Below, piece after piece: positions 8,382-18,272 of a stretch of 37,210 bases of DNA (position 1 is the stretch's first letter; every line of letters begins with the position of its first letter). Where the stretch lies: positions 1 to 37,210 of IMG/VR virus record IMGVR_UViG_3300032305_002169, one strand, 5' to 3'. Under the pieces are notes generated by a model that was not told the origin of the DNA, ran no database searches, and saw nothing but the letters and a program-made list of their open reading frames with translations. Source of the stretch: a virus (Duplodnaviria; Caudoviricetes). Both the position numbers and the translations under genes were made by a program.

Positions 8382-8810
8382 TTAAGTTACTCCTGTTGAG
8401 CCAAAACCACCATCTGACCGGACTGTATCCGACAGCTCGGTTACTACATCAATCGAAAAGCCCGCAACAGCGAGCAGAATTAACTGGGCAATCCTGTCGC
8501 CCGGTGAAACCTCGAATTTGGGATCGCGTTCGAGGCTTGAGTTATAGAGCACAACCTTAATTTCGCCGCGGTAGTCGGCGTCAATTATGCCGGCCATGGT
8601 CATGATGCCGTGCTTTACAGCTAAGCCAGATCGCGGCGCTATTTGTCCGTAAAAGCCAGCTGGTATTTCGACGCATATACCGGTAGAGATTACTTTGCGC
8701 TCACCAGGCCAAATAAACAGTTGATCTACTGAACACAGGTCTAGCCCCGCCGCATGTTCCGAACCACGTGTAGGCGCTTTAGCCAGCGGGTGAATAAGTT
8801 TTACTTTCAT
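8382..8810 (-). CDS. dut: dUTP diphosphatase (trimeric dUTPase)
   Basis: Five motifs AGLDL, PRSGLA, GIIDADYRGEI, RIAQL, RSDGGFGSTG; start MKVKL at 8810. Confidence 0.97.
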   Translation of the reverse strand: MKVKLIHPLAKAPTRGSEHAAGLDLCSVDQLFIWPGERKVISTGICVEIPAGFYGQIAPRSGLAVKHGIMTMAGIIDADYRGEIKVVLYNSSLERDPKFEVSPGDRIAQLILLAVAGFSIDVVTELSDTVRSDGGFGSTGVT

Positions 8811-9316
8811 TCGCGGTTCTCCATTTCGTGCCGGCACTTGTAGCAGATCAGGCCCTCTTTGGCGCCTGTCAGGTCAGAGATAGCGTACATGTCGCCGCAG
8901 TAGTGGCACTGGTGTGAGAGCGGCTCGGCGTTATTAGCGTCAATGCATTTGTCGCAGAATACGCCGTCAGAAAAATTCTTTGCTTTTGTTGTTTCTGTAA
9001 AGTGTCCACACCCTTTGCACTTGATAATAGAAACGTCTGTGCTAGCTGCTTTGTCTAGTTCTTTATTTACAGCCTCACGATTTTTGCGTGTTTTTGCCAC
9101 GATTTGTTTGCCTTCAAACCATTTAATTGCTGCAGCTTTTTCGTCCCACCCGCTTACTTGCATGAGCTCAACAAACTCAGCAAAGTGTGTGTCTTCCTCG
9201 GCAATTATCTTCAGCAGCGTATTACGCAGCGCGGGATGATACTTTGGATCATATGCGCTTTTGATTGCATCCCACGCTCTTTGTACGTGACGTTTGAATT
9301 GTTTTTCGTTTCTCAT
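8807..9316 (-). CDS. Hypothetical protein with C-terminal CxxC zinc ribbons
   Basis: CKGC, CDKC, CHYC, CYKC; start MRNEK at 9316. Confidence 0.7.
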   Translation of the reverse strand: MRNEKQFKRHVQRAWDAIKSAYDPKYHPALRNTLLKIIAEEDTHFAEFVELMQVSGWDEKAAAIKWFEGKQIVAKTRKNREAVNKELDKAASTDVSIIKCKGCGHFTETTKAKNFSDGVFCDKCIDANNAEPLSHQCHYCGDMYAISDLTGAKEGLICYKCRHEMENRE

Positions 9317-9318
9317 CT

Positions 9319-10266
9319 TTAGTTCCCTTTCATTCGTTGCCAGTAATCTGCTATGCCGGCCTCTATGCCAATAAACGGCCTTGTCCATCCAGCTGCGCGC
9401 AGTCTGGTTGTGTCGGCCTGTGTGTGCGACTGATAGCCTTTGCGCAGCGCTTCATAAAACGGGATCATCTGGATGTTGACAGTATTGGCTGCGCCGCCAT
9501 AAGTCTTGATTGCTATTTCTGCAACATCCATAAAGCTTGTTGCTGTTCCGGTGCCTACGTTGAAGATGCCTGACGTTTTTGCGCCCAGGAAAAACACCGT
9601 AATATCTGCGGCGTCTTTGACGTAGATAAAGTCGCGCGTAATATTGCGGCTACCCTCGAACACCTCGATATCTTTTTTGTGCTGCATCGCCTTAAAACAC
9701 TTATAGGCAAAGCTGGCCATGCTGCCTTTGTGCGTTTCGCCAGCGCCATAAACGTTAAAGTAGCGTAGGCCAGTTACTGGGATCTCCAGCCGGCCGTGAG
9801 CTAGCTCGCGCCGCACATGCTGGTCGAATACCCACTTAGAGAAAGCGTACGGGGATTTGGGCCGCTCGTTTTCTGGGTGTTCCTGAAATCCAGTTTTGCC
9901 GTCACCGTAGACGCTGGCCGAGCTGGCATAAACCAGCGGACAGCCGTGGTGAATAGCGAGCTCGAGCATCCTTTTGGAGAAAGTGTAGTTCCTCTCCATC
10001 AATATCCGCCCGTTGGGAAACTGCGTATTAGAAATAGCGCCAAGATGAATTATGCCGGTAAGATGCGGCAGCTTTAGCAGCTCAACTGGCTTTTTAATCA
10101 GCGCACGAAAGTCTCTGTAGTCGGCGAATTTCTTGCCAACTAGATTCAGGCATTTCTGCCCGTCCATCAGGTCATCGACGGCGATTATGTCGTCTATGCC
10201 CTGCGCATTGAGCGCGGATACTACGTTTGAGCCAATGAATCCCGCGGCACCTGTAACGAGTAGCAT
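9319..10266 (-). CDS. hldD: ADP-L-glycero-D-manno-heptose 6-epimerase (extended SDR)
   Basis: MLLVTGAAGFIGSN, YASSASVYG, YAFSK, GLRYFNVYG.GETHKGSMAS, YQSHTQAD. Confidence 0.9.
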   Translation of the reverse strand: MLLVTGAAGFIGSNVVSALNAQGIDDIIAVDDLMDGQKCLNLVGKKFADYRDFRALIKKPVELLKLPHLTGIIHLGAISNTQFPNGRILMERNYTFSKRMLELAIHHGCPLVYASSASVYGDGKTGFQEHPENERPKSPYAFSKWVFDQHVRRELAHGRLEIPVTGLRYFNVYGAGETHKGSMASFAYKCFKAMQHKKDIEVFEGSRNITRDFIYVKDAADITVFFLGAKTSGIFNVGTGTATSFMDVAEIAIKTYGGAANTVNIQMIPFYEALRKGYQSHTQADTTRLRAAGWTRPFIGIEAGIADYWQRMKGN

Positions 10267-10281
10267 TTTGCCTCCTACTGT

Positions 10282-10323
10282 AAAAAGAATGCCCGGGCGG
10301 TAGGGATTAGTTACCGCCCGGGC
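10282..10323 (-). terminator. Intrinsic terminator
   Basis: GCCCGGGCGGTA/TACCGCCCGGGC stem followed by ATTCTTTTT on minus. Confidence 0.7.
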
Positions 10324-10344
10324 CACGACACGCCACTTATCGCT

Positions 10345-11607
10345 TTAACGCGTTAGCGCGCTAGCGTTTTTGATATGCGACGGGAAAAAGCCGGAATCCG
10401 CTGCGGGCGTTACCCACTCGTGCGGATAATCGATACCGTCGATGTTCTCGATCTTGTCGCGATACTGAATAACTTGCGCATGCTTGTACTGCGACAACTT
10501 ATTCTCGTGCCACAACCGTAGCAGCGCTTTAAATTGTGGCGCTCCGGGCATCTTATCGCGAACCATTCGTTTAATCTTGTTCTCGTACTGCTCCATCAGC
10601 GTCGTAGCAATTGCCATGTGACGGAAATTCTGCGACGCGTCTGACTTCAACTGTACGTGAAACGTTTCTTCCACTGCAGTTTTTGTTGCCTTTGTGTTGG
10701 CAATAATCTGCGGTGTAAAATCGTGAAACATCTGCTCGACGATTGTGGCGTTAACAAACCCAGGTATTTCAAACGTGGCTACGAAAAGCGCAATACCTTG
10801 GAGCATGTCGGTTGCCAGACCATCTACACACTGCCATCCAAGCGACGTGTGCGCAATGAGTTGACACGTCCTGTCCAAGACGCCGGCGCCGTATTGATCA
10901 TAAATGTTCTCTACAGCGCTAACTGCTTTGATAACAGGATAAGCAGCGCGACCCTGAGAATTTGTGGCAATCTTAAGACCGCGATTTTCCACGACCTTGA
11001 AAAACTCTTCAACCTTTTCATCTTTTGCAGTTTTCCTGCTTTTGATGATGTCCACGTGCGAGTGAGCTCGACGTTTGTAGTTGCATGTAGAGTAAATCAG
11101 CGCTTCTTCAGCCACTGACTCTACAATTGTGACTATGCACATCAGTACTTTTTCGCCATTTTCTAGCGCGCCCGTTGTGCGATGCACAGCGTCAGCAATT
11201 CGCGCGTAGATGGTGACGTTACCTAACGCGTCAATATCTTTTCGCAACGTTATTGTTGGCGCGCCTATTGCTTTGCGCACGGGGAACGCCACCATGTCCG
11301 CAACGTGCGAATAATCACATCGCTTGTTGCGGCACCATTCTTCATCTACGGTCAGCGCGTCAATTGGGACAGCCATCCAGGCTCTATCGTCTGGATACGC
11401 ACCAGCTTTTACGCAGAACTCTTTTTGAATTTTTATTTGGCGTTCAGCCTCTTCGAAAAGCCGCAGCATTTCTGCTTGCGGGAGTTTCGTAACCTGAAAA
11501 AGCTCGTCATTTTTAATGCGCTGCAAGTTTTTGAACGTGTAACGCACGTCTTCGTGAAACTTGCAACGTACTGTAAAAGCTTTTGCAGGTGCAGCAACTG
11601 TGGACAT
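10345..11607 (-). CDS. ParB-like / DUF6551-like protein
   Basis: VPIDALTVD...IADAVHR...EEALIY...N pattern resembles a ParB N-terminal fold; divergent. Confidence 0.5.
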   Translation of the reverse strand: MSTVAAPAKAFTVRCKFHEDVRYTFKNLQRIKNDELFQVTKLPQAEMLRLFEEAERQIKIQKEFCVKAGAYPDDRAWMAVPIDALTVDEEWCRNKRCDYSHVADMVAFPVRKAIGAPTITLRKDIDALGNVTIYARIADAVHRTTGALENGEKVLMCIVTIVESVAEEALIYSTCNYKRRAHSHVDIIKSRKTAKDEKVEEFFKVVENRGLKIATNSQGRAAYPVIKAVSAVENIYDQYGAGVLDRTCQLIAHTSLGWQCVDGLATDMLQGIALFVATFEIPGFVNATIVEQMFHDFTPQIIANTKATKTAVEETFHVQLKSDASQNFRHMAIATTLMEQYENKIKRMVRDKMPGAPQFKALLRLWHENKLSQYKHAQVIQYRDKIENIDGIDYPHEWVTPAADSGFFPSHIKNASALTR

Positions 11608-11692
11608 ACCTATCCTCTACGTATGTGACAATCGAACTAGGGGTACTCAGCGCTGACTTCAGTCAACGCGGCATTTACTGGGCAGCATAACT

Positions 11693-11727
11693 AAAACCCG
11701 GGCGGCAGTGGTTAGCTACCGCCCGGG
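11693..11727 (-). terminator. Intrinsic terminator
   Basis: CCCGGGCGGCAG/CTACCGCCCGGG stem followed by TTTT on minus. Confidence 0.65.
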
Positions 11728-11744
11728 CTATGAGACTACTGCAA

Positions 11745-12101
11745 TTAGTTGGCCGATCTAGCGGGACCGATTTCCGGGCTAGCTGCCGGCATTTCAGTTT
11801 CGGGCATCATCTCGAACATGCCCATCTCGACGTCTACAAAAACGTCGTGGAATGGACCTGTCAAAGACTCGCCGGTCATAATCCGACACCGTACGTGCGC
11901 GGCTACTGGCTTTCCAGCAGCGTGCTCGTGCAGCATGCAGAACGTAACAGGAAAATGCATATCGTTGGGCAAACTATCAACGAATTCCTGTTGCAGCGCG
12001 CGATTGTAATTATTCGCAATTGCACGTTTGTTTATGACGTTGAGTATCTTCTTATCGCAGTATTTGACTTTCATGCATTTACTCAATGGTAACGGACGCA
12101 C
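11745..12101 (-). CDS. Hypothetical protein
   Basis: 118-aa ORF ending before terminator; start uncertain. Confidence 0.6.
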   Translation of the reverse strand: MRPLPLSKCMKVKYCDKKILNVINKRAIANNYNRALQQEFVDSLPNDMHFPVTFCMLHEHAAGKPVAAHVRCRIMTGESLTGPFHDVFVDVEMGMFEMMPETEMPAASPEIGPARSAN

Positions 12102-12394
12102 GCGAACCAGCCGCGGGGGCCCTTAGCCACACCGATCTCCCGGGGCTTACGCTTTCCCCAGTAGCAGCAATTGCGGATAGCGGCGTCGGAGCTGCTCGAG
12201 CTGTAGCCGACCCCTTCATATCCGCTATTGCCGCCGAAGTGCTGACAACGGCCAGATCGAGCCTGCATTTCTGCAACGCCCTGTGCTGTGCTGTTTTCAG
12301 CGTAGGAAGTACGGGTGGTATACATCGGCTCCTGGCCAACAGCCTGGGAAGCGAAACCAGCCGCACAAAAAACAACAAAAACAAAACCGCGCAT
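12083..12394 (-). CDS. Putative secreted small protein, minimal CAP/SCP-like
   Basis: GGAGG RBS, signal peptide, H.GG...EGVG...NCCYWG...GVAKG..GWFAC. Confidence 0.6.
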   Translation of the reverse strand: MRGFVFVVFCAAGFASQAVGQEPMYTTRTSYAENSTAQGVAEMQARSGRCQHFGGNSGYEGVGYSSSSSDAAIRNCCYWGKRKPREIGVAKGPRGWFACVRYH

Positions 12395-12434
12395 AGAATC
12401 CTCCGTGAAAAACAAAAAGTGAAATCGTCCGTAA

Positions 12435-12821
12435 CTACCTACTACGCTTTGGCTGCTTTTTAGCTGCCGTATCGCCATCTAATTCTTTTTCGAGACTCCG
12501 ACCAGGGCCGAGCATCCACGATTCCGGATGAATTTTCAAGAGCCAGTCAGCCACCGTCGGAATTCGCCCTAGATCTTCCTGCACGTGCTGTTCGCCGATG
12601 TAGCGAACCGGCACCTCCCGTCCATCGCTATTCGTGATCACGCGGCCAAATAGCCGCTCGGCCATGAATATGCCTTCAGAGTGGTGCCTAAGCGCGCGAT
12701 GCCTGAAGTCTGTCATGTGCGCTTTGGATCCGTCAAACCATTCGTGGATTGGTAGATAGTCGTCTACCTCGCCGCCCCACTTTATGACTGACGACTTGGC
12801 GTGATGGATTGGGTGCGCCAT
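12435..12821 (-). CDS. DUF6915-like protein
   Basis: MAHPIHHAKSS..KWGG...DY..IHEWFD.SK....DFRHRALRHH. Confidence 0.85.
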   Translation of the reverse strand: MAHPIHHAKSSVIKWGGEVDDYLPIHEWFDGSKAHMTDFRHRALRHHSEGIFMAERLFGRVITNSDGREVPVRYIGEQHVQEDLGRIPTVADWLLKIHPESWMLGPGRSLEKELDGDTAAKKQPKRSR

Positions 12822-13060
12822 CAGTCGTCTGAGCTATGATTGGTCTGCCAGAAAAGCATTCTGTTATTTTCTTCATCCCATGCGCATTCAATAAAGCCTT
12901 CGGAAGCCCAGCGCGATAGGTATGTGCCAATGTGGTCGTGCGCGCTAGCTTCTAATGCCGGCAAAACTTTTGGCATTAGCTTATCGCGCATTTTTTCTGT
13001 TAGTTTGTCTATAACACGAGACATTATTTCTTTAGCCGTGTCGTCGCGGTCACTTGCCAT
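12821..13060 (-). CDS. Hypothetical protein
   Basis: AGGAG RBS; TGATG coupling. Confidence 0.7.
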   Translation of the reverse strand: MASDRDDTAKEIMSRVIDKLTEKMRDKLMPKVLPALEASAHDHIGTYLSRWASEGFIECAWDEENNRMLFWQTNHSSDD

Positions 13061-13075
13061 AACTTATCTCCTGTG

Positions 13076-13288
13076 TCAGTCGTCTTTGAGTTTAAGTCCG
13101 CGAATCTCAAGTTTGTGGCGCACTTCGTTAAGACTAGTCGTCCCAAAGTTTTTCACTTTGAGCAAGTCTTTTGCCGTGCGCTGGGTGAGCTCGGTAATCG
13201 TGGTTATGCCGAGTTTAGTTGTGCATTTTCTAGAGCGCACACTCAAGTTCAACTCGGTGATGTGGGCATTTTCATAAATCGCGTCCAT
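13076..13288 (-). CDS. Stand-alone RNA polymerase alpha subunit C-terminal domain protein
   Basis: ITELNLSVRSRKC..KLGITTITEL...DLLKVKNFGTTSLNEV is an alpha-CTD signature. Confidence 0.9.
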   Translation of the reverse strand: MDAIYENAHITELNLSVRSRKCTTKLGITTITELTQRTAKDLLKVKNFGTTSLNEVRHKLEIRGLKLKDD

Positions 13289-13296
13289 GGTCACTC

Positions 13297-13773
13297 CTAG
13301 AACTCAAATTCTTCAGTACTATCGAACGTTTCTTCAGACCGTTGACTGTGCTCGCAGTGATACTTGCGAGTAATTACGTCAATCGTCACTTCGCCAAAGC
13401 CGCCAGAATTATTTTCAAAGCCGCTAGGCAGCAAGCCATAAACAATGTCTTTTACTCGGCGGTCAGTGTCTGGCGGCAACGGCTCTGTCGAGCCTGCAAC
13501 TCTGTCATATGTGACGTATTCCACGTCGCCGCTGTCGCCTTCGCCGTTATACGAGGCTGTAATGCTGCGCACGCCAAGCATGAACAACTCTTCGCAGATT
13601 GTTTTTAGCCTAACGCGTTTTTCAGTTTCTTCTTTTGCTTGAGATTCTTTCAGCTGCCGCATAATTTCTGCGTACGTATTTTCCGGATTTAAAATGTCCG
13701 GTTTTACGTAAATATGCTTTGCAGCTTTTGCCGGCTTGGCTTTTACTTTTTTAGCTGCTTTCTTTTTAGCCAT
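13297..13773 (-). CDS. DUF6878-like protein
   Basis: GVRSITASYNGEGDSGDVE...GFENNSGGFGEVTID. Confidence 0.75.
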   Translation of the reverse strand: MAKKKAAKKVKAKPAKAAKHIYVKPDILNPENTYAEIMRQLKESQAKEETEKRVRLKTICEELFMLGVRSITASYNGEGDSGDVEYVTYDRVAGSTEPLPPDTDRRVKDIVYGLLPSGFENNSGGFGEVTIDVITRKYHCEHSQRSEETFDSTEEFEF

Positions 13774-13786
13774 AAAACTCTTTCGT

Positions 13787-13824
13787 AAAAGATAGAGGGC
13801 GCCGAGTACAAACCCGGCGCCCTC
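13787..13824 (-). terminator. Intrinsic terminator
   Basis: GAGGGCGCCG/CGGCGCCCTC stem followed by TATCTTTT on minus. Confidence 0.6.
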
Positions 13825-13857
13825 CACGGAATTAACTACTCAACCGGCTATCGGCAA

Positions 13858-14211
13858 TTACCGACGAGCCGGGCGCACCACTGTGCGCGTGTTGTTGCGA
13901 GTCACCGTACCGCCAAACAGGCGATGACGATGAAACGACGACTCGTACGTCTCGACGCCATAGACGCGAGCGCACTGGCCGTTCGTGCACACCGTCTTCG
14001 GCTGGCTGCACTGACCCGTCACGCACGGGGCAGATTCAACCACAACGGCCGCAGGCGCCGTCACGACTACCGCCGCGGTCTTCTCAACCTCAACGATCGC
14101 CGGAGTCGGGGCAGTATTCCCGTGATTGAGAACGCTCACCGACTCGCCGCCGAACGAAACACCGACAACCGACAAAGCAACACAGACCGCGAAAGCAAAA
14201 CAAGCACGCAT
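13858..14211 (-). CDS. Putative secreted low-complexity protein
   Basis: GAGG RBS, signal peptide, C.TGQC / C.NGQC motifs. Confidence 0.65.
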   Translation of the reverse strand: MRACFAFAVCVALSVVGVSFGGESVSVLNHGNTAPTPAIVEVEKTAAVVVTAPAAVVVESAPCVTGQCSQPKTVCTNGQCARVYGVETYESSFHRHRLFGGTVTRNNTRTVVRPARR

Positions 14212-14265
14212 AGTAAAAATCCTCTGAAAACCTAAAACCAGTGGACATATCCGTATGCCCACGAC

Positions 14266-14661
14266 TCACGACTGCCGGATAAACCCGGTACAGAACTCAA
14301 ACAAACCTTGCAGTTCTTCTGGATATGGATCACGGCGCCATTCGCGTTGATACACACGAATAATCTTTTGCCGCGCCAGTTCTAATGACTGCTTGTGGAT
14401 CATGTCAAGGGCATCTGTATTTTCCTTGACAGCCAAGAACGCATTCTTGGCAGCTTGCCTATATTCCGATACTGTCAACCGCTCAATAAACGTGTTGATT
14501 ACCTTATCGAGAATATCAGCAGGCTCGTCGCCGTTATAGTAGTTTTCCGGGGAATCTTTTCCCGGAATGTAGTTTACCAGTGTAGCGCCGTCGCGGCTGT
14601 TGCCGGGCTGCGCAGACCAGTTGATACCACCACTTGCACCTTCAATTCGCCACCAACCCAT
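14266..14661 (-). CDS. Hypothetical protein
   Basis: Likely start MGWW at 14661; GDEPADI motif. Confidence 0.65.
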   Translation of the reverse strand: MGWWRIEGASGGINWSAQPGNSRDGATLVNYIPGKDSPENYYNGDEPADILDKVINTFIERLTVSEYRQAAKNAFLAVKENTDALDMIHKQSLELARQKIIRVYQREWRRDPYPEELQGLFEFCTGFIRQS

Positions 14662-14750
14662 GTAAACACCTGTCTGTGTGAGAGTCAAAAGTTCGAACAA
14701 CTGGGCCATACCCAGGGCGCTGCATACAACAACGCCCTGGGCGGCCAATT

Positions 14751-17700
14751 TCAATCAGCACTTGCGTCAACAAGGGTCTTTTCCTTCTGTAATACGTGCC
14801 GCAAAAATCTTACGATCTTTGGCAGAGCTTGCTTTACATTGGAAATAAAGACGGTATTGTTCTCGCCGTACTGGGACGTGAATTGCGCAATATCGTTGTG
14901 CGAATTCACGCCTACGCCAAATGCGTAGGTCGAAATCTTCAGTTTCGTCCGAACAAATGAACAGACACTCTTAACGTGTTTTTCAGCTTCCTTACCGCAA
15001 TAGCCGGTACCGTGAGGAAGCCCATCGGCGATGATGAATAGATACTTTTTCTTGGCAGGATCAAGTGAAAGCCGTTTTGCGGTTTCCTTGATGGCATAGC
15101 CGTCGTAGTTATTGCTTAGAGCCGCAATAGACCCGAGTTGGCTAAGATCCGCGCTTTTCGAATCTCCAGTTGAGCTGTAATGCTCGAATAACTGAAGTTC
15201 CGAGTTTCCGCCGCCACGATTAGCAGTATGCCCGTAAATATGAAGATGTACGCCCGGCACCTGCTTTACAGCTTCGGCCAGTACGACACACATTTCACGA
15301 GCATGCTCTATCTTATAACCTGTAGCCATACTGCCAGATTGGTCGACTAGAATACCGACTGCAACGTCGGGAAGTCTAGTCAACGTCTTCTGGGACCATA
15401 TGTGCTCAGAATCGTACTGCAGTTTGTGCAGACTACCTTCGTCAAGATCGCCAGACAGTAAGCCATGAACCTCGCCTGAGCGCTTATTGCTTTGGAAACT
15501 TAAGGCGTCGCGGATACGCTCAATAGCGCCCCGGTTTGCCTTTTTGATTCCTCTTACAATATGCCTCGAGCCGGATAATAACCGGCTATCTGGTTTGACT
15601 ACCTTAATTGTGGGTTTGGCGTCGTTATGGCTGAGATACGCGACAAACTCCTCCTCGACACTGTGCGTGGCCTCATCATGGATTTGGTCAAGCGCATTGC
15701 CTGTGAGTAGGTTTACCGTATTTTTAACGCGTTCGCCGAATAGCTGCTCGTCCACTGGGCTAAGTGCAGCCGCAGGTTCGATCAGTTTTTCACGAATTTG
15801 TTTTCCGATATCGGCAGCCTTGGCGTTTCCGGTCCTGCCCCTGCTCATGTTTTTAAGCAGTTCAAGCAGCTTGGTTGCTGACAGGCCGAGATGTTTCGCG
15901 GCGTTGTCCATCAATTTACGCTGCTCTGGCGTCATTTTTCGCAACGACTCGGGAAGTTCGTTTGTTCCTTCGTCGTCATCGTCATCGTCGCTAGCCGATC
16001 GCTTGCGTGCAGTTAACTGTTGTAACAGCAACTGCAAAAGCTCACGATGCGCCTGGTCGAGCAGAGCTGACGCAAAATCTAATTGCTCTTCTGCTCCGTG
16101 TCTGAAAAACGCATCTTTGGCGGTTTCATGCCACTTCTTATCTAGCTGAAATTCTTTTTCATTTCTGTCAGCTACAGCTTTTGCGTTGCTATACTCACTG
16201 AGGCCGCTATTCATGAAAGCATTCATGGCAGCAGACTCAGTGTTTGTGCAATCCCAAGCGGCATTGCGTATAGCTGCCCGTGCGTCATTTGCGGCACCAC
16301 GGGACTGTGACGCCATGTTCTGCAACGCAGTCTGTCCTCTTGCGCGACTTATGCGTTTTAGCGTACTGTCTATTTCTGCTAGACGTTTTGTCAGCAATTC
16401 TTGCTGTCCCACAGTCGATTCGACCGCTTGTGCCATACCCGTATTAATTGGGTCTGCTGTTGGGTATTTAATTGCTAGCTGTTTAGTTTCTTCAGCCAAC
16501 GTTCTAGCGCGTTGCTCTGCAGCCGCTAACCTCTCTAGCGTTTCACGCAGCTTTTCTTTTGTTTCATTGAGCTCGTCGACCACTGCTTTTTTCACATCTT
16601 TTGCAGCAGCTTTAAGCGCCTCTGTGGCTTGCTTAACAAATTCCTTTGTATTTGCAACGTTCTTGAGAATAGACTCGCGAACTGATTCTTCAGACGTTTG
16701 ATCTATTGGGTTTTTATCTGAAGTGATATCAGCTTTTACGCCATACTCTTTCATTAATGATTGAGAACGTAAACCGTAGTGCGCTAGTTGGCTATCAATC
16801 ATTGACTGTTGATAGCTTGCACTTCCGGTCATGCCAGATTTAGACATTCCGACTTGAGCGGAATTTGCCATAGAATCTGCTAGCGTATCTATCGTATCTT
16901 TGAGTTTCTCAAGAAATCTCATGGCTGAAAGTTTGTCAGTCACAGCTTGGCTAGCTTTTGCTGCCTCGGTCATTTCCGAAGCAGATTCGCTTGCAGCTGC
17001 CTGATTAAACATTTCATCCATAAAATCAGCTATGCTATCCAGCTGATTTTCTAGAGACGATTTAGCTTCAGCTTCTGACTTAGCACTGTCATCACTGAGG
17101 CTGTCGAAGATCTCGTTTAGCGCTTGTTCAATTTGCCCAGCTTCTGGTTTCCCTTCGCTGCGCAAATACTCACGAATATCTGACACGAGCTTACGACACG
17201 CCGGAAGAATGTCTTCCGCCGTGAGCTCGTCGCCCAGATGCTTCGTCACGATATCTTCGATCGGCTTGTCGATCGGCAACTGTTCCTCGTCGATAAGAAA
17301 GTTGTAGGCAATCTGCGCCGACAACATTTCAACTGACGCTGTGCCGTCTTTGTTTTCGAGCTTTTCGCGTACAGCTGCAAATTGCTTTGCGTGCCGTACG
17401 AAATATGGCGCGAAACCGCCCCAGTCCTTAACGACTGATCGGCGGGCAAGCCTTGTTAGTAGACTCTTTGCAAGCATGCCGGCTGCGTAATCATTAGCAT
17501 AAGCTTCTGCAGCAGCCGCGGCGTCCTCTTTGGACATAGCGCCGGACGTCATTATACCAGCAAGCTTTACAGGCATTGCTGACATTGCCGTAGCATTTAC
17601 TTCGTCCAAGACGTCTTTTTCGACACCTTGCGCAATCTGTACCCGTAACAGCACAAATCCGGTGAGTGCGTCGATTGCGGCGTCGGTGGCGTCGTCCGTA

Positions 17701-18272
17701 TCGGTTTTTGCCAGGTTATCAGGCGATACGAAAATCGTATGCGTCTGCTGTTTTCCTGTGCTAACACCGAGCCGATCTTCAGATCCGTTGCCGCTGGCGC
17801 CATCGCCAAACTGAACGTTATATGTAATCTTTGCAGACTTATCGGCAACCGTGTTGGCATTGCGCGTTAGCGTGCGTAATGCCTGGATAGCCTTATTTTT
17901 GAGCTCGTTATCTGCAGACTGATAAGACGAACGAAATGTAGAAAACGAGTTGCGAAACAGCCGGCTAGGCGAATAGTCCTGGTAGCCACCATATCGAAAA
18001 CTATTCTTCTTGTACCACCGATTGTCTGAATCATCGAACGCGTCTTCGTACGAATACGCTTTGTACGTCGATGACCCGCCTGAAAATCCGGTAACACGCT
18101 TCGAGCGGCTGTCATCGAATTCAGACCACCAACTTTCATTGTCGTCTTCCCAGATGCTTTTCTGCTTCGGCTTCGGCGTAGCGTCGGCGGCGGGTTTTTC
18201 AACCTCGCCGCCTTCGCTATTAACCGATTTGTCGCCAAAGGTTTCTTTGGACCGCCAGCTCCAACCGCTCAT
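14751..18272 (-). CDS. Large vWA-domain protein (CobT/NorD-like MoxR partner)
   Basis: C-terminal MIDAS VDQSGSM...IIADGLP, SGDLD upstream motif, long helical middle. Confidence 0.85.
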   Translation of the reverse strand: MSGWSWRSKETFGDKSVNSEGGEVEKPAADATPKPKQKSIWEDDNESWWSEFDDSRSKRVTGFSGGSSTYKAYSYEDAFDDSDNRWYKKNSFRYGGYQDYSPSRLFRNSFSTFRSSYQSADNELKNKAIQALRTLTRNANTVADKSAKITYNVQFGDGASGNGSEDRLGVSTGKQQTHTIFVSPDNLAKTDTDDATDAAIDALTGFVLLRVQIAQGVEKDVLDEVNATAMSAMPVKLAGIMTSGAMSKEDAAAAAEAYANDYAAGMLAKSLLTRLARRSVVKDWGGFAPYFVRHAKQFAAVREKLENKDGTASVEMLSAQIAYNFLIDEEQLPIDKPIEDIVTKHLGDELTAEDILPACRKLVSDIREYLRSEGKPEAGQIEQALNEIFDSLSDDSAKSEAEAKSSLENQLDSIADFMDEMFNQAAASESASEMTEAAKASQAVTDKLSAMRFLEKLKDTIDTLADSMANSAQVGMSKSGMTGSASYQQSMIDSQLAHYGLRSQSLMKEYGVKADITSDKNPIDQTSEESVRESILKNVANTKEFVKQATEALKAAAKDVKKAVVDELNETKEKLRETLERLAAAEQRARTLAEETKQLAIKYPTADPINTGMAQAVESTVGQQELLTKRLAEIDSTLKRISRARGQTALQNMASQSRGAANDARAAIRNAAWDCTNTESAAMNAFMNSGLSEYSNAKAVADRNEKEFQLDKKWHETAKDAFFRHGAEEQLDFASALLDQAHRELLQLLLQQLTARKRSASDDDDDDEGTNELPESLRKMTPEQRKLMDNAAKHLGLSATKLLELLKNMSRGRTGNAKAADIGKQIREKLIEPAAALSPVDEQLFGERVKNTVNLLTGNALDQIHDEATHSVEEEFVAYLSHNDAKPTIKVVKPDSRLLSGSRHIVRGIKKANRGAIERIRDALSFQSNKRSGEVHGLLSGDLDEGSLHKLQYDSEHIWSQKTLTRLPDVAVGILVDQSGSMATGYKIEHAREMCVVLAEAVKQVPGVHLHIYGHTANRGGGNSELQLFEHYSSTGDSKSADLSQLGSIAALSNNYDGYAIKETAKRLSLDPAKKKYLFIIADGLPHGTGYCGKEAEKHVKSVCSFVRTKLKISTYAFGVGVNSHNDIAQFTSQYGENNTVFISNVKQALPKIVRFLRHVLQKEKTLVDASAD

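Noticed and set aside
14711-14741. CCCAGGGCG/CGCCCTGGG hairpin after the vWA gene
   Set aside because: No U-tract; cannot be called a terminator or assigned a role.
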